64,000 bases of DNA from a virus: the IMG/VR virus record IMGVR_UViG_3300042505_001173, positions 32,001 to 96,000 of that record. The stretch is one strand, 5' to 3'. The notes beneath the pieces were generated by a model. The model did not search any database. It was not told the DNA's origin and saw nothing but the letters and a program-made list of their open reading frames with translations. Positions 9,520-21,600 of the stretch are shown here, piece after piece; the stretch's first letter is position 1; each line of letters begins with the position of its first letter. A program made the translations under genes and the position numbers.

Positions 9520-12500
9520 TTAGTAATTAATATCGCCATATACAGTAGACGGGTTTTCAATAGTTAAACTAGCAGTAATGTTTGTTGCATCAATTGCGGG
9601 ACCACCCTGTCCACCAACACCTCCGGGTATAATAGTCGCACCGTTGGCAGGAGCATCAAAGCATGCATCGCCGTCACCTCCCCATCCGGATATACCACCT
9701 CCCCCACCACCGACACAACCCCATAGAGTATTACCTTCGACGGGTTTATCAACTCCACCCAATCCTGCTCCCGGACCTGTACCGTCACCTCCACTACCAC
9801 TTTTACCTCCAATATCTAACGTAACTCTTGTATCTAAGCTAGCTACCGGTAAATTGTTAGGGAATCCTGCATCTATAAAATCTTGAGCTGTTGGATCAGT
9901 TATTGATGGTATGATATGTGAACCGCCATTTGGACTAGTACCTCCGTTAGCTCCAGTTACAGAGCCCCCTGCTCCCGCGCCCGCACCCCCGCTAGCGCCA
10001 GCTACCGTATAAACTTGTAGTGAACCTGTCGATTGTTGGTTACTAGGTGTAGGTGCAGGAAAAAAGTTATCATAATCTGGACTGTACCGGTATACGATAT
10101 TAAATGGTGTTGGGTACGGGTGAGGGGAAGGATCATCATACTGATCTCTAAACGATACGTACAATTCACGGTAAGCAGAATCAAACACGTACATATATTC
10201 AGTTAAATCAAACTGAATAGACGTCTGGTATGTCCCGTCAGAGTACTGATACCAAATAACCGGTATAGTTTGACGTTGTAGATATCTAAAAGCTTTTGCA
10301 GTAGAGTATGATAACCACATAGTGCCACCTGCACCACCTCCCCCACCACCTCCCCCGATCATACCTCCAGTACCAGGTAATATATTAACCGGTATTGCAC
10401 CCGTTAGTAGTTTTAGACCCGGTCCACCATTTTTACCATTTCTAGATGATTCGATTGTGCTAGCGTTACCACCCGCTCCGCCCGCTCCAACAATACTACT
10501 ATTCATAATTAGGTTAATTTTAGAGCTTCCAGCTAACCCAGCCATCTCAATAGTTAGAGCAGCTCGACTTGCTAGAGCTGATGTAATATTTCCATTGACG
10601 TAAATGTTTACTGTTACAGGAGTATACGCTAGTATAGCTTGTGATAAGTTTGCTGCGGTAGAAACATCGTCTAATCCGACAGTCTTAGCATTCGATGAAG
10701 GTAAATATATATTTGCTACTTTATTAATAATCATAAGGTTTAGTGCGACTTGTGTACTAGCATTATACACTGTATCACCGATTCTAATAAAAAATGTAGC
10801 CATTTGTGCCACCACTAACGGAGTTCCTGAAAGTGTCCCAGTTGAACTTAAAGCTAAACCTAACGGAAGTGCTGGAATTATACTAATTACTTCGTACGAT
10901 CCTGACCCTCCGGTAACAGATATGACGTCTGATGATACAGCAGAACTAACTTCTAGCATAGACGATTCAATAAGAACAGTAACTTTAAACTCTGCTACTG
11001 TTTGTAGAATAAACGTTTCGTTGCTACCTATTGTAACACCTGTGAATACGTCAGTTACATTAACTCTAAAATGTACCTCAAAAACATTGGAAACCATCGT
11101 TCTTGCGGTACCTGTGACAGGATCATTTGATAATGAAACAACACCACTCGTACTGTTAATTTTTAAATATTGCTGAAACATTTCCATCGTTGTTGCACCA
11201 ATAGGTTCAACAGAATACAAATATCTTCCTGACCCGTTCACACCTCTAACGAGCATGAAACCCTGCATAGGTGAATTCGTAAACCATGACATATAGGATG
11301 ACGGAGCAGAACCATCTATATTTGTGAACGCTTGACTATTATCTACAGATACGACTGTAAGTTCATCGTAAACTGTTAAAAATATTTTTGATGCGGTAGC
11401 CTTCATTGGAATTGTATCTGAAACACAACAGTAAATTGCCGTTCTGGCTAAAGGTAAAGTAGATGTAGCATACCCTGTCATGACACCTGTGTTGCCATCA
11501 ATATAAAAATTCCGAGGTAATTTGGATGCAATACTATTACCGCTAACATCGGATTCAAAAAACGTGTACGATGGTTTACCATATTGAACATTAGTGTAAA
11601 ATGGTATATTTAACTCAGTTGTAACCTCTGTAATACTACCTGCTTTATATTCGTATACGTTTGATCCTACCACACACATCACTTCACGTATCGCTGAGAT
11701 CGTTGTTGCTGTTATCGGGTCTACGATATTGAAATCAACTGCAACATCATCTGTTCGACCTTTTGCTGAATCAGTAATATAATAATATAATGTACCAGTA
11801 AATGCTCTATTCGCTTTACCTGATATTATATTGGGTGCTGTTAATGTTAAACCTATAGACGGTAATGTTTCTAGTACTCCAGTAACAGAGTTAATTTTTG
11901 ATTTTACCGCATTTATTTTATAGGGAGGTACACCGTTCAATGGTACAATAGGTGTTATATTAATTTCATCAACGTTAGCTACACCTGTAACCATGTAATA
12001 CTGAGATGTCCAGGTAAGCTTATCGTAAATATTGAAAGTAAGTGATGACATGTTCGAACTAAATTCACGATTAACATCCTGAACAAGATATGTAATTGTA
12101 CTTGAACCTGAATACAACCATGTTTTGTTTGTACCTAGCGTTTTACCGTGTACAGGATCGTATCCCCAATTATTTGCCCACAGCTTAATATGTTTCTCAG
12201 TTGTATACGTATCTGATGTACTATTATAATAAGTATACCCGTTCGCTGGATCTAGCGGTAAATCAGAATCGTAACCAGTATTAATTAGTTCAAGCTCAGG
12301 TCTCAATGTACCGGAATTTCTAATAACACTATAAGGCATAAACCCATCGGATATCGTATCAAACACTAGTATCGGTTCAATCTCATCTCCAACAAATGCG
12401 ACAATTTCTTTAATATCGTTTGATGAACTAATATGTTTTTTAACGTTAAAATCTATAGTAACAGTCTCAGGTGCAACCGAACCGAGGCTATCTGTAACAG

Positions 12501-14100
12501 AAACAACAACCGTGGTTTTATTTGGTGCCGTGATTGGACCTTTGATTTGATATTTTGTGTTACCGTAGTATACGTCTGGTACCGTTGCAAAAGACATACC
12601 AGCAGGTAAACCTGGAGCTGCAACATATGAGTACGGTGGTGTACCTAATTCAGCGGTAATAACATCTGTAAACGTGTCAAGTATCGACGACTGGTTAACA
12701 TACATTTTAAATGTATTAGTTGTTAATAGTGGTATACCTACCACGGAATCTCGAATTGATAATATTATTTCAGGGATATTTTGTGCTTCGTGCCCAGTAT
12801 TGTCGTGCGCACCGTAATGAAGCTTGTAAACACCTGCTGGTATTCCACCACTAGCTACATTTAATGTACCATCTGCTGGAACAATTGATGCACCTGCTGG
12901 TAATTCAGTTAGTGTCGCAGTGTTGTTAGCTCCGTCGGTATATACGTAATCAATTAACCTATACACATAAGGTTTAACACCGTTGCTACCAATCAAAGGT
13001 TTAAATGAAAACGATTTTGTCGCTAATTTGGTTATTGAATTTTGACCTGGTGTGGTTAAACCTACCTCAAATACAACGTAAGCATTAATATCAACTTCTG
13101 ATATGGTTGATGCTAAGTTACCCACAGAATCTCGTACCCCAACCTTTAATGTCCCGACATACGGAATATACGTCTCAACAACTTCACCATCTATTATCTG
13201 TGTAGATAGCCCGGTATAAGTACCTGATACAACTCCTGTTACAGAGTTAACTGTAACACCGGTTGGATATGAACCGGATTGAGAGCTAGGTATAAAGTAA
13301 GTATATGGGGGCACACCTGCGGTTACGCTTGTGAAACTATTGAAATATATATTAATAGGTAATGGTCCAACTATTGCAACATTAGGTGATGCAGTCGCTG
13401 TAACAGTTTCCTCAATATTAAAGTGGAAGTCAGCCGTTAAAACACTTTGTGTGTTATAAAAGTCCCGAACTCGTATTGATACGGCTGGGGTTAGTGGAAT
13501 AACACTAGTTTGTGATTGGTCAGTATATGTACGCTTTACACTAGTTGGTGCACCTATTATCCGTCCTGTTGATTGATTTATAGACATTCCATTTGGTAAA
13601 GCTCCGTTAACTATATAATACACGTAAGGTGGCCGCCCACCTGTAACGGAATCATATATCGAATTATTAAATGTAGTCTGTCCTATAAAACCTGTTAGAT
13701 ATGTATTGCCAGATGTAGTCGCTACAAACGGTACAGTAATAATAAAAGTGATTGCACTCTTTTTATATGCGACAAATCCTCTAGAATCTCGAGCTGCAAT
13801 ATATGATGTTGTACTGAATTGTGATTCTGAAACAACCGTAGATACTGTTGGTGTTCCTGATATCACACCAGTAGTTGTGTTTATAGTTATTCCTGTAGGT
13901 AATGGATCACCACTTGTATGCACAAAATACTCATAATATTCACCAACCTCAAGATTTATAAACGGTACACCTCTTGATGCTGTTATGGGTGATAACGGTG
14001 TAATAGGCGTGTTTATGGAATATTGTAATGTAGCGTCGGTACTTGTCGCATATAGTGGTTTTTTTCCGGGTCTACGGTTTCGAATTGATGATATCGGCAT
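9520..14100 (-). CDS. Ig-like (He_PIG-type) repeat protein with glycine-rich gp38-like C-terminal adhesin
   Basis: Repeated LPxGxxINxxTGxISGTP and GGxPPYxY; C-terminal GAGGAGG / GGGGGGGGAGG motifs. Confidence 0.75.
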   Translation of the reverse strand: MPISSIRNRRPGKKPLYATSTDATLQYSINTPITPLSPITASRGVPFINLEVGEYYEYFVHTSGDPLPTGITINTTTGVISGTPTVSTVVSESQFSTTSYIAARDSRGFVAYKKSAITFIITVPFVATTSGNTYLTGFIGQTTFNNSIYDSVTGGRPPYVYYIVNGALPNGMSINQSTGRIIGAPTSVKRTYTDQSQTSVIPLTPAVSIRVRDFYNTQSVLTADFHFNIEETVTATASPNVAIVGPLPINIYFNSFTSVTAGVPPYTYFIPSSQSGSYPTGVTVNSVTGVVSGTYTGLSTQIIDGEVVETYIPYVGTLKVGVRDSVGNLASTISEVDINAYVVFEVGLTTPGQNSITKLATKSFSFKPLIGSNGVKPYVYRLIDYVYTDGANNTATLTELPAGASIVPADGTLNVASGGIPAGVYKLHYGAHDNTGHEAQNIPEIILSIRDSVVGIPLLTTNTFKMYVNQSSILDTFTDVITAELGTPPYSYVAAPGLPAGMSFATVPDVYYGNTKYQIKGPITAPNKTTVVVSVTDSLGSVAPETVTIDFNVKKHISSSNDIKEIVAFVGDEIEPILVFDTISDGFMPYSVIRNSGTLRPELELINTGYDSDLPLDPANGYTYYNSTSDTYTTEKHIKLWANNWGYDPVHGKTLGTNKTWLYSGSSTITYLVQDVNREFSSNMSSLTFNIYDKLTWTSQYYMVTGVANVDEINITPIVPLNGVPPYKINAVKSKINSVTGVLETLPSIGLTLTAPNIISGKANRAFTGTLYYYITDSAKGRTDDVAVDFNIVDPITATTISAIREVMCVVGSNVYEYKAGSITEVTTELNIPFYTNVQYGKPSYTFFESDVSGNSIASKLPRNFYIDGNTGVMTGYATSTLPLARTAIYCCVSDTIPMKATASKIFLTVYDELTVVSVDNSQAFTNIDGSAPSSYMSWFTNSPMQGFMLVRGVNGSGRYLYSVEPIGATTMEMFQQYLKINSTSGVVSLSNDPVTGTARTMVSNVFEVHFRVNVTDVFTGVTIGSNETFILQTVAEFKVTVLIESSMLEVSSAVSSDVISVTGGSGSYEVISIIPALPLGLALSSTGTLSGTPLVVAQMATFFIRIGDTVYNASTQVALNLMIINKVANIYLPSSNAKTVGLDDVSTAANLSQAILAYTPVTVNIYVNGNITSALASRAALTIEMAGLAGSSKINLIMNSSIVGAGGAGGNASTIESSRNGKNGGPGLKLLTGAIPVNILPGTGGMIGGGGGGGGAGGTMWLSYSTAKAFRYLQRQTIPVIWYQYSDGTYQTSIQFDLTEYMYVFDSAYRELYVSFRDQYDDPSPHPYPTPFNIVYRYSPDYDNFFPAPTPSNQQSTGSLQVYTVAGASGGAGAGAGGSVTGANGGTSPNGGSHIIPSITDPTAQDFIDAGFPNNLPVASLDTRVTLDIGGKSGSGGDGTGPGAGLGGVDKPVEGNTLWGCVGGGGGGISGWGGDGDACFDAPANGATIIPGGVGGQGGPAIDATNITASLTIENPSTVYGDINY

Positions 14101-14139
14101 ATTTTAACTTGAGTTGGATATTACCTAAATAGTAAATTG

Positions 14140-14147
14140 TATTTATA
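14140..14147 (-). promoter_or_regulatory. T4-type late promoter
   Basis: TATAAATA 40 nt upstream of the ATG at 14100. Confidence 0.6.
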
Positions 14148-14158
14148 TGAGGTGATGA

Positions 14159-14815
14159 ATGGATCATACAGAATTATTTATCGAACCTGAATCACGTATA
14201 CAGGTTTATTGCACCGAAGACACGCGAAACAATTTTCAACGAATCGCTATAGGTACTACAATATTTCAAACTGATGGTGATTCTGGGCAATACACGTACG
14301 ATGGGACACAATGGGTTAAACATTCATCTCCTGAACCTGAACCAATATTCACAGATTCAGATATAGCTAATATAAAAAAAATACCTGAACTATGCACCTT
14401 AAACGATGTTGTTCAGTATATTACAGACCATAAAGATGTGTTTGAAACAATGTCATCATTGAATGCAAAAATTGATTCAAAATCTGATATTGCGGAAGTT
14501 TATACGAAGCCAGAAATTGATCGAAAGCTTTTAGCACTATCAAACACTCCATCTACAGCTTTAAAAACATCAGCGGGTTCAATTAGTGTTCGCGCTGCAA
14601 AACCACCATTTGCAAACCAAGTGTTAACCGCAATCAACAAAGAGCAAGCTGTGTGGATAGACCCTGTAGTACCGGTTACCTACGTAATGTACTTACAAAT
14701 TGTAGCACGCTTAGATGAGTTAGAGCGGTATCAGCGTGAGAATGAAGCTAAGAAACGTGTAGCATCAAAACCGAAAACGGTATCCAACTCACAAAATCGA
14801 ATAATTTTCAAATAA
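14159..14815 (+). CDS. hypothetical protein with fibre-like motifs
   Basis: ORF with GAGGTG RBS; VYTKPEID and ANQVLTAIN...W motifs resemble fibre repeats. Confidence 0.6.
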   Translation: MDHTELFIEPESRIQVYCTEDTRNNFQRIAIGTTIFQTDGDSGQYTYDGTQWVKHSSPEPEPIFTDSDIANIKKIPELCTLNDVVQYITDHKDVFETMSSLNAKIDSKSDIAEVYTKPEIDRKLLALSNTPSTALKTSAGSISVRAAKPPFANQVLTAINKEQAVWIDPVVPVTYVMYLQIVARLDELERYQRENEAKKRVASKPKTVSNSQNRIIFK

Positions 14816-14825
14816 TAGGTATCCA

Positions 14826-15176
14826 ATGTCACACAATGTTACTTCAAAATTAGTATTAGACGTACAAGCTTCTATAGTTACCGATGTCTTAGATATGCAT
14901 GTTGTTGAAAAAATAACTAAACATAAAGCTGAATACGACTTTAAAACTTATTCAACAGGTTCAGTATTAGTTCCAGCAAATACCTATGAACGTTCATTAG
15001 GTGTAAGTTCAGCTGTATTAGCTACAAGTTCTAAAGTATTTGGAATTCGATTATCTTCAATGTCATCTCCAGTTGACACATCTATATTCTCATACAGCGG
15101 GACATCAGTGGAAATAATACTGTCAAACACTTCAAGTGAAGATGTGATTGTTGAGTATATTCTTGCGAGTGTATAA
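14826..15176 (+). CDS. hypothetical beta-rich protein
   Basis: 116-aa ORF with AGGT RBS directly after the preceding gene. Confidence 0.6.
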   Translation: MSHNVTSKLVLDVQASIVTDVLDMHVVEKITKHKAEYDFKTYSTGSVLVPANTYERSLGVSSAVLATSSKVFGIRLSSMSSPVDTSIFSYSGTSVEIILSNTSSEDVIVEYILASV

Positions 15177-15217
15177 AATATACAGTGACGTCAATTAGCA
15201 TGATTGACGTCCCATCT

Positions 15218-18200
15218 TTAGGTATAAGCTTGCCCAGATACAACCCCGTATATTTTATCTCCATCACCGAAGAACGAAAATATATCAGTTAGATTTGCAA
15301 CAGAAGATGTAACAGGAACTTGATCTTCAGACCAGTTGATTGTTCCTCCGGACCATGTAATACTGTGAGTTCCAGTATATTTTATCACAAGTGTTATACT
15401 TTTACCTGTCATTGATATGATCGACGGCATAGAAATAATTGTATCACCGGATGTTGTAATTTTCTGTAACGAACCTGAATTAGGATTCAAGGTAATGTTA
15501 GTGCCTGTTGGTGCCGCAATAGTTTCAATAACGCACTGAGCGATCTGTATAGATTTATCATTATTGATAGTTAGCGCTACGGACGGATCTACAGAACCGT
15601 TTGAGGTAACACTAAACAGGATTTTAGATCCGTGGTTAGTGGATGACCACATTTCAGTACAATATGCGCTAATAGTTGCAGATCGATACGATTCTTCGGA
15701 ATCCCAACCACCGAACATAATGTTACCTAGTAACGTACCTGAATTTACCGCTGGTGGAACCGACGGAGGTGTTTGACCTGCAGGGTAAATAACAGGAGCT
15801 TCACTCGCAAACAACCCTACGCTTGCGCCGATGGTCGAGTCAGCGTTTGGACTGTATACCGATACTACTGATGTTTTTTCATCTACTGGATCATTTACAA
15901 ACACACCGTTCAGGGTTTTAAGAGTGCCTGTACTTGTATCAAATGTTAGGTTTGAACTCTCACTAAACTTACCACCGTTTGCGAACAACACTGATTTATC
16001 GCTCATATTCAAGTTGGTAGTTGGACCTATGGTTATTCCATCTACATATTGTTTAGTAACGAGAGCGTTGTCATACCCATTGAAATCCGTTAATTCGAAC
16101 CCAGTTGCATATTCAATAAAGTACTGTGATTTACTAGTTTTTGTTTTTGAAAACGCAGCACCCGTTTGAATATAATTGGTATCAGTATAGTGTTTTGTAG
16201 TGAAATAGTAATCATACACTGATGCAGAGGTGTTTGGATTTTTAAAAATATAATTATCGATATCAACACTATAACTTTCTAACGCTGCTCGTATTTTAGC
16301 TGCAAAACTATATTCATTTTGTACTAAATCGTGGGTAATATTTGGTAACGATAATACACCGGTTAAAGCATTGATAGATAGTGGTTGTCCAACTTTAATA
16401 CTTCCTAGACTATTAGAAGTAGCAATATTATTGATACCCTCTTCAATACCTGTAAAATGCTCTTCAACGTATTTTTTTGTTACGAAATAATTATCATACT
16501 CGGACAGCTGTTTATCAATATCTGAACCAATAAAATTGTAGGTATCAGTACTGTACGCATCCTTTTGCATTTTTAAAAACGCGCCAGCAGTGTATTCGGT
16601 AATATCACTATCAAATGTAATATACGGTAAGGTTAAAACACCAGTTTCACTTATTTCAAACGGTACACCAACTTTAATACCACCCAACACGGTATCAGAT
16701 GATGTAGGCAACACATACGAATCTTCAACTAACACGTAGTGTTGATCCGCAAAATATTTGGTCACATAATATGTGTCATAATATTGAACAGGTTTAGTAG
16801 CATCTTTATAGATGTTGTTATTGTTATCAGAGCTATACAAATCCGCTGATGTTTTTACTGATGCAGCAAAATCATACAGTTTTTTATTACTATCATACGC
16901 AAGTTGTGGTAGGGATAATACACCGGTAGCACTAATCTCAAACGGTTTACCTAATTTAATACCACCTAATGTGAATGCTGATGCAGCTGGTAACACATAC
17001 GGACTAGTTGATCCTCCTCCCCCAAATTCTGATGAGTAGTAATGATCATCAGCGTATTTCTTTGTGATGAAATACCCGTCGTAATTTTTTTCAGGGTCTA
17101 GTCCAATAGTATTAGTAATATCATCACTGTATAACCAAACAGATGATTTAATAGCTGCTGATACCTCATATTCTGAAGGAATTGCGGGATCTGTTTCAGT
17201 CGCTTCGACTGCTTCTGTGTATACTACATCTTTTAATGATAGAGTACCTGTTTGTGATACATCAAACGGTTTTGCTACCTTGACACCGCCAACAGTGGTA
17301 CTCGATGCGACAGGTACAGTACCTCCACCGGTTCCTGTACCGTCATTCGCTGCGTAATGACCATCAGCATATTTTTTTGTTACAAAAAATTTATCGTAAT
17401 ATCCATCTGGAGCTGTATTATCACTACCGATAGTATTGTTATCATCTACGGATTTTGTTCCCGCATCTACCGTATATTCATTACTATCTTCATCGTATGC
17501 TACACCTTGCAAAGAAAGAGTACCGTCAGCTGCTACTGCAAATGGACCACCAACTTTAACACCCCCTTTTGTCGATGACGATGCAGCTGGTAAGTTTTTT
17601 AATACGTCATAATTTTCATCAGCAAAATGTTTTGTAATGAAGTGATTATCGTAATCTGAGGGAGATTTCTCAGCGTCGGAGAAAATATGATTATCTGGAT
17701 CACCACTAACAAGTTCATTTTCAACAGTAACATCAGCAGCTATACCATATTCATTAGCTGATTCGTCAAATGTCATGTTCTTTAACGATATTTTACCTTC
17801 AGGTGTATACTTAAATGGTTCTCCTACTATCACCCCACCTACCGCTGTAGATGTAGCAGGTGGTAGTGTAGTTAACCCTCCAATTGAACCTGATGCTGCG
17901 TAGTGATCATCAGCGTATTTCTTTGTGATGAAATATTTGTTAAATGTTGGTGCGGGGGAGCTGGCTGTAGGAGCAATAAAATTATTGTCATCAGCGCTAT
18001 AAACACCTTTTGAGAAGTTAGCGTTAGCTTGAAAACTATATTCGGATTCCGGAACTGAATCTTTTGTTACGGTTGCGTATGTTAAGTCCGGTAACGATAA
18101 TTTTCCGCTAGAGTCGACGGTAAAAGGTGAAGCAACAGCTACAAGACCTGGACTAGATTCAGATGCGACAGGTATATCAAATACGCTACCACCTACCGGT

Positions 18201-18505
18201 TTCCAAAAACCGCCAGCTGGAGATGAGGTTAACACCTGTAATTCATTGGATATAGTATCAAACCATAGTTGACCAACTGTCGGATTCTCAGGTGGTTTAT
18301 CTCTGCTAAAATTTTCTAGCATCCGCACTAAATTTGTTTGCAACCCTTCACCGAAATCAATACTATATTTGCCAAACAATGTCAACGGTGTTTGTGCTGT
18401 ATTAGTGGTTTTTTCGCCTACTACAATCGGTGGTTTATAAAATGAACTAGGTATATTTTCATCATCGTTTGAACTAAACTTAATTGTATAATCGGTTAGT
18501 GCCAT
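15218..18505 (-). CDS. tail fibre protein (acidic paralog of 23444-27430)
   Basis: Same N-terminal anchor; about 6 repeats of LPxAS...GGxKVGxPF...YFxTKKYADxHY; C-terminal TDIFSFFGDGxKIYG shared with paralog. Confidence 0.8.
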   Translation of the reverse strand: MALTDYTIKFSSNDDENIPSSFYKPPIVVGEKTTNTAQTPLTLFGKYSIDFGEGLQTNLVRMLENFSRDKPPENPTVGQLWFDTISNELQVLTSSPAGGFWKPVGGSVFDIPVASESSPGLVAVASPFTVDSSGKLSLPDLTYATVTKDSVPESEYSFQANANFSKGVYSADDNNFIAPTASSPAPTFNKYFITKKYADDHYAASGSIGGLTTLPPATSTAVGGVIVGEPFKYTPEGKISLKNMTFDESANEYGIAADVTVENELVSGDPDNHIFSDAEKSPSDYDNHFITKHFADENYDVLKNLPAASSSTKGGVKVGGPFAVAADGTLSLQGVAYDEDSNEYTVDAGTKSVDDNNTIGSDNTAPDGYYDKFFVTKKYADGHYAANDGTGTGGGTVPVASSTTVGGVKVAKPFDVSQTGTLSLKDVVYTEAVEATETDPAIPSEYEVSAAIKSSVWLYSDDITNTIGLDPEKNYDGYFITKKYADDHYYSSEFGGGGSTSPYVLPAASAFTLGGIKLGKPFEISATGVLSLPQLAYDSNKKLYDFAASVKTSADLYSSDNNNNIYKDATKPVQYYDTYYVTKYFADQHYVLVEDSYVLPTSSDTVLGGIKVGVPFEISETGVLTLPYITFDSDITEYTAGAFLKMQKDAYSTDTYNFIGSDIDKQLSEYDNYFVTKKYVEEHFTGIEEGINNIATSNSLGSIKVGQPLSINALTGVLSLPNITHDLVQNEYSFAAKIRAALESYSVDIDNYIFKNPNTSASVYDYYFTTKHYTDTNYIQTGAAFSKTKTSKSQYFIEYATGFELTDFNGYDNALVTKQYVDGITIGPTTNLNMSDKSVLFANGGKFSESSNLTFDTSTGTLKTLNGVFVNDPVDEKTSVVSVYSPNADSTIGASVGLFASEAPVIYPAGQTPPSVPPAVNSGTLLGNIMFGGWDSEESYRSATISAYCTEMWSSTNHGSKILFSVTSNGSVDPSVALTINNDKSIQIAQCVIETIAAPTGTNITLNPNSGSLQKITTSGDTIISMPSIISMTGKSITLVIKYTGTHSITWSGGTINWSEDQVPVTSSVANLTDIFSFFGDGDKIYGVVSGQAYT

Positions 18506-18539
18506 GGTACCATTGTATAGTATTTGGTGAATAATATAT

Positions 18540-18547
18540 TATTTATA
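18540..18547 (-). promoter_or_regulatory. T4-type late promoter
   Basis: TATAAATA upstream of ATG 18505. Confidence 0.6.
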
Positions 18548-18620
18548 CGTTTTGGTCAAATCATTATCACAGAGAAAGAGTTTAGGTCGAATAATCAACC
18601 TAAACTCTGCGTTGTTAGTG

Positions 18621-21600
18621 TTAGTACACGTCACCGTAAACCAACGATGGTGTCACTAAGGTTGGGATATCTGTTGCAGCTGTAGTTAGAATTGCTGGAC
18701 CTGACACCCCACCTAATCCACCGTTTCCTAAATATGTGACACCTCCTGGAACTACTACACCTTCAGGTAAAGATGAAGCTGAACCACCGTTGCCACCTGT
18801 ACCACCCATACCGCCACCTCCCCCACCACCTAAACCAGCAGCGTACCGGTACGGTTTTGTTAGTGTAGTTACATCTGGACTAGTACCTGGGTTACCCGGG
18901 GTAGCTTCGGATCCTGGCGTCGCAGGAGTAATCTCATGATACGATACCGCATCCATTATCAATACACCATCGCCTACTATAGCGGGTGATTGAGAGATTA
19001 GAGCACTCCATTCAGACGCTAACATGCGGGTAAGATTATTAGTTGGTAGTGATTCAACTATCGGTGCTGCAGAAGCGGTACTTACTGTACCTGGAGCACC
19101 GTTATTTGAATTAGCAGTAGGATGTCCAAAACCATTACCACCTGCGCTACCTTGCCAAATAACTAGTTTAGTTTTACGTGTTTGTGGTGTGAACCCTGTA
19201 CCACCTTCAAAATCCCACGTTTTTGCTGGGTACGCATACATGTCGTAGTACAATCTATAGTTTGGATCAGTTGGACGGTTTGGATCTGGTAATATATAAC
19301 TTTCTTTTCCAAATTGACCTAAGTATGCTAGACTGTTTTGGTTAACACGTCTTTCATATTGCACATCAATATACTGCGAAATACGGTTTTGATCATTTGC
19401 CCAACCTTGTGGACTCCAAATTTGTGTACTACCAGATGCTATAAGCTTTTGAATCTGAGCTACACCTGACTCCAATTGATACACACTCATGGTTTGACCT
19501 TCGACTAACGTCCAGCCATCTCCCCCTGCTCCACCACCACCACCGCCACCAGATATAAATGTACCTGGTAGTGATTCAACTTCAACAACAAGATCACCTG
19601 TATTGAGCTTCAAAGCAACACCACCGCCTTCACCATTTAACAAGGCTGAGTTAGTAGATGATCTTATACCTCCTTTACCGCCGCAACCTATAATATTACC
19701 GGATTTTGTAAAAACCTTAATTGTTGTAGCACTGTTTAAACCAGATGCTAAATTAATAGTTAGAGCAGGAGCATTGACAGATGTTGATCGTACCTCACCT
19801 TCAATATCAATACGAATTTTAATAGGTGTACTCAGTAGCTGTGCATACGATAACGCAGATGCTATCTGAATATTAGCTAACGTAATTGTTTTACCGGATG
19901 TAGATACCGATCTTGCAACAGGAATAATAACATAATCAGACGTAATTGAGAAACGTACAGTAGCAGACATTATAGTGTTATATACTCTATCTTTATACTT
20001 CACCACATAATCTTTAGCCTCAGCTATTGCATCTGCCGAACCGGTTAAACAACCAGCAGGTGTTGTAGCGGAAGTGTTAGTAAAGGTAAGCGACCCAGGT
20101 AATACTGTTTCATTAGCGGGACCTTTTATTGAAACAAAATCGTACTCACCTGATCCACCAGATAGTGCAAATACAGGATCATTTGTATGAATACTGTCTT
20201 TTTCGTAACTAACTGTAGTACTAATTACCGACATTGTCATAGGATTAATAACTTTTAACCGTAACACGTTAGATACGACTTTAACTATTTCAGTAAACGT
20301 GTCAGTTACTTTAATTCCCATGGTAACGTCAAGTGTATTGGCAAATGACGAACCACCTGCTGAAGGTTTTAAATTTATAGCACCTGTAGATCCATTGATT
20401 TGAAAATAATCTAGTACGTTATCTACAGACGGAGTTGTTAAATCGAACATATACGAATATCTTCCAGACCCGTTTTTACCGCGCACTAATGAGAACCTGT
20501 TAAAAACCCCACCTGTTAAAAACACTACAGATGAATTTGATTTGTTCAAATTGAAGCTAGTTACTGCAGCGGCATTTTCTGATAAATTATCTACTAATGT
20601 AGTGGAAAACTCGTCACATATTGTCAATTTGATAGCACTAGCCTCACCGCCAGATACTAAATTGTTATCTGCTACACTACAATATACCGTATTTGTTGCA
20701 TATACAGCTGGTCTCGATGAGCTATCTCCGTTTAAGTTACCAAAAGTGTCAATAAACAGTCCAGTCGGTAATGATGATGTTGGAGCTGCAACACCGGTTG
20801 AATTAGATTCAAAATACACATACGGTACCGCACCACCTGTTACAGATTTAAAGAATGGAATCTTTAGTACTGTATCAGTCGTTACTACTGGCGAAGCTCC
20901 TGTTTTGTCAGTAATTTCAAACTTATCAAATCCACGAACATACAGTACTTCAAGAGGCGCGCTATACGCTACCGCTGAGATTTTGGGTGTAATATTAAAT
21001 TTAACCGGTATATTATCTGTGCGACTACCAACACTATCCGACATATAATAATATAGTGTACCTTTATAACCTGCACTTGGAACACCAGCAATTGTACCAG
21101 GTTGGATCGTTTTTAACCCTAATTTAGGTAATGTTGTTTTTATTGGTGGTTTTTTAGTAAAATCGGTAATCGATGGAGTAAAATTTATCGTATACGGTGG
21201 TATACCTCCAACTGGTACAACTGGATTAAATGATACGTTCGTAAATTGAGCTATACCTGTTACGATAGGAGGTATGCGGGTAGCAGTACCTCTTAATTTT
21301 TTGTATATTTTGTAGTTAATTGTTACAATATTCGGGCTTTCATTACCTCTAGAATCTGTAATTTTAAACGTGTATGTATCCGTACTTGCATACCCGTACT
21401 TATGGAAAGATCCTAAAATTGGAATTGCAGTACCTGCACCTGTAACCATAATATTACCCCATATCTGTGGGACAGTGGTTGTAATATTTTTACTTTGCGC
21501 TGTATCGTAATATTGGTACCCCATCGGTACAATTGTTAATTCAGGTCTAAGTGTCCCTGATAACAATGTAGCGGTATACGGAGGGTAACCACCTGTTATA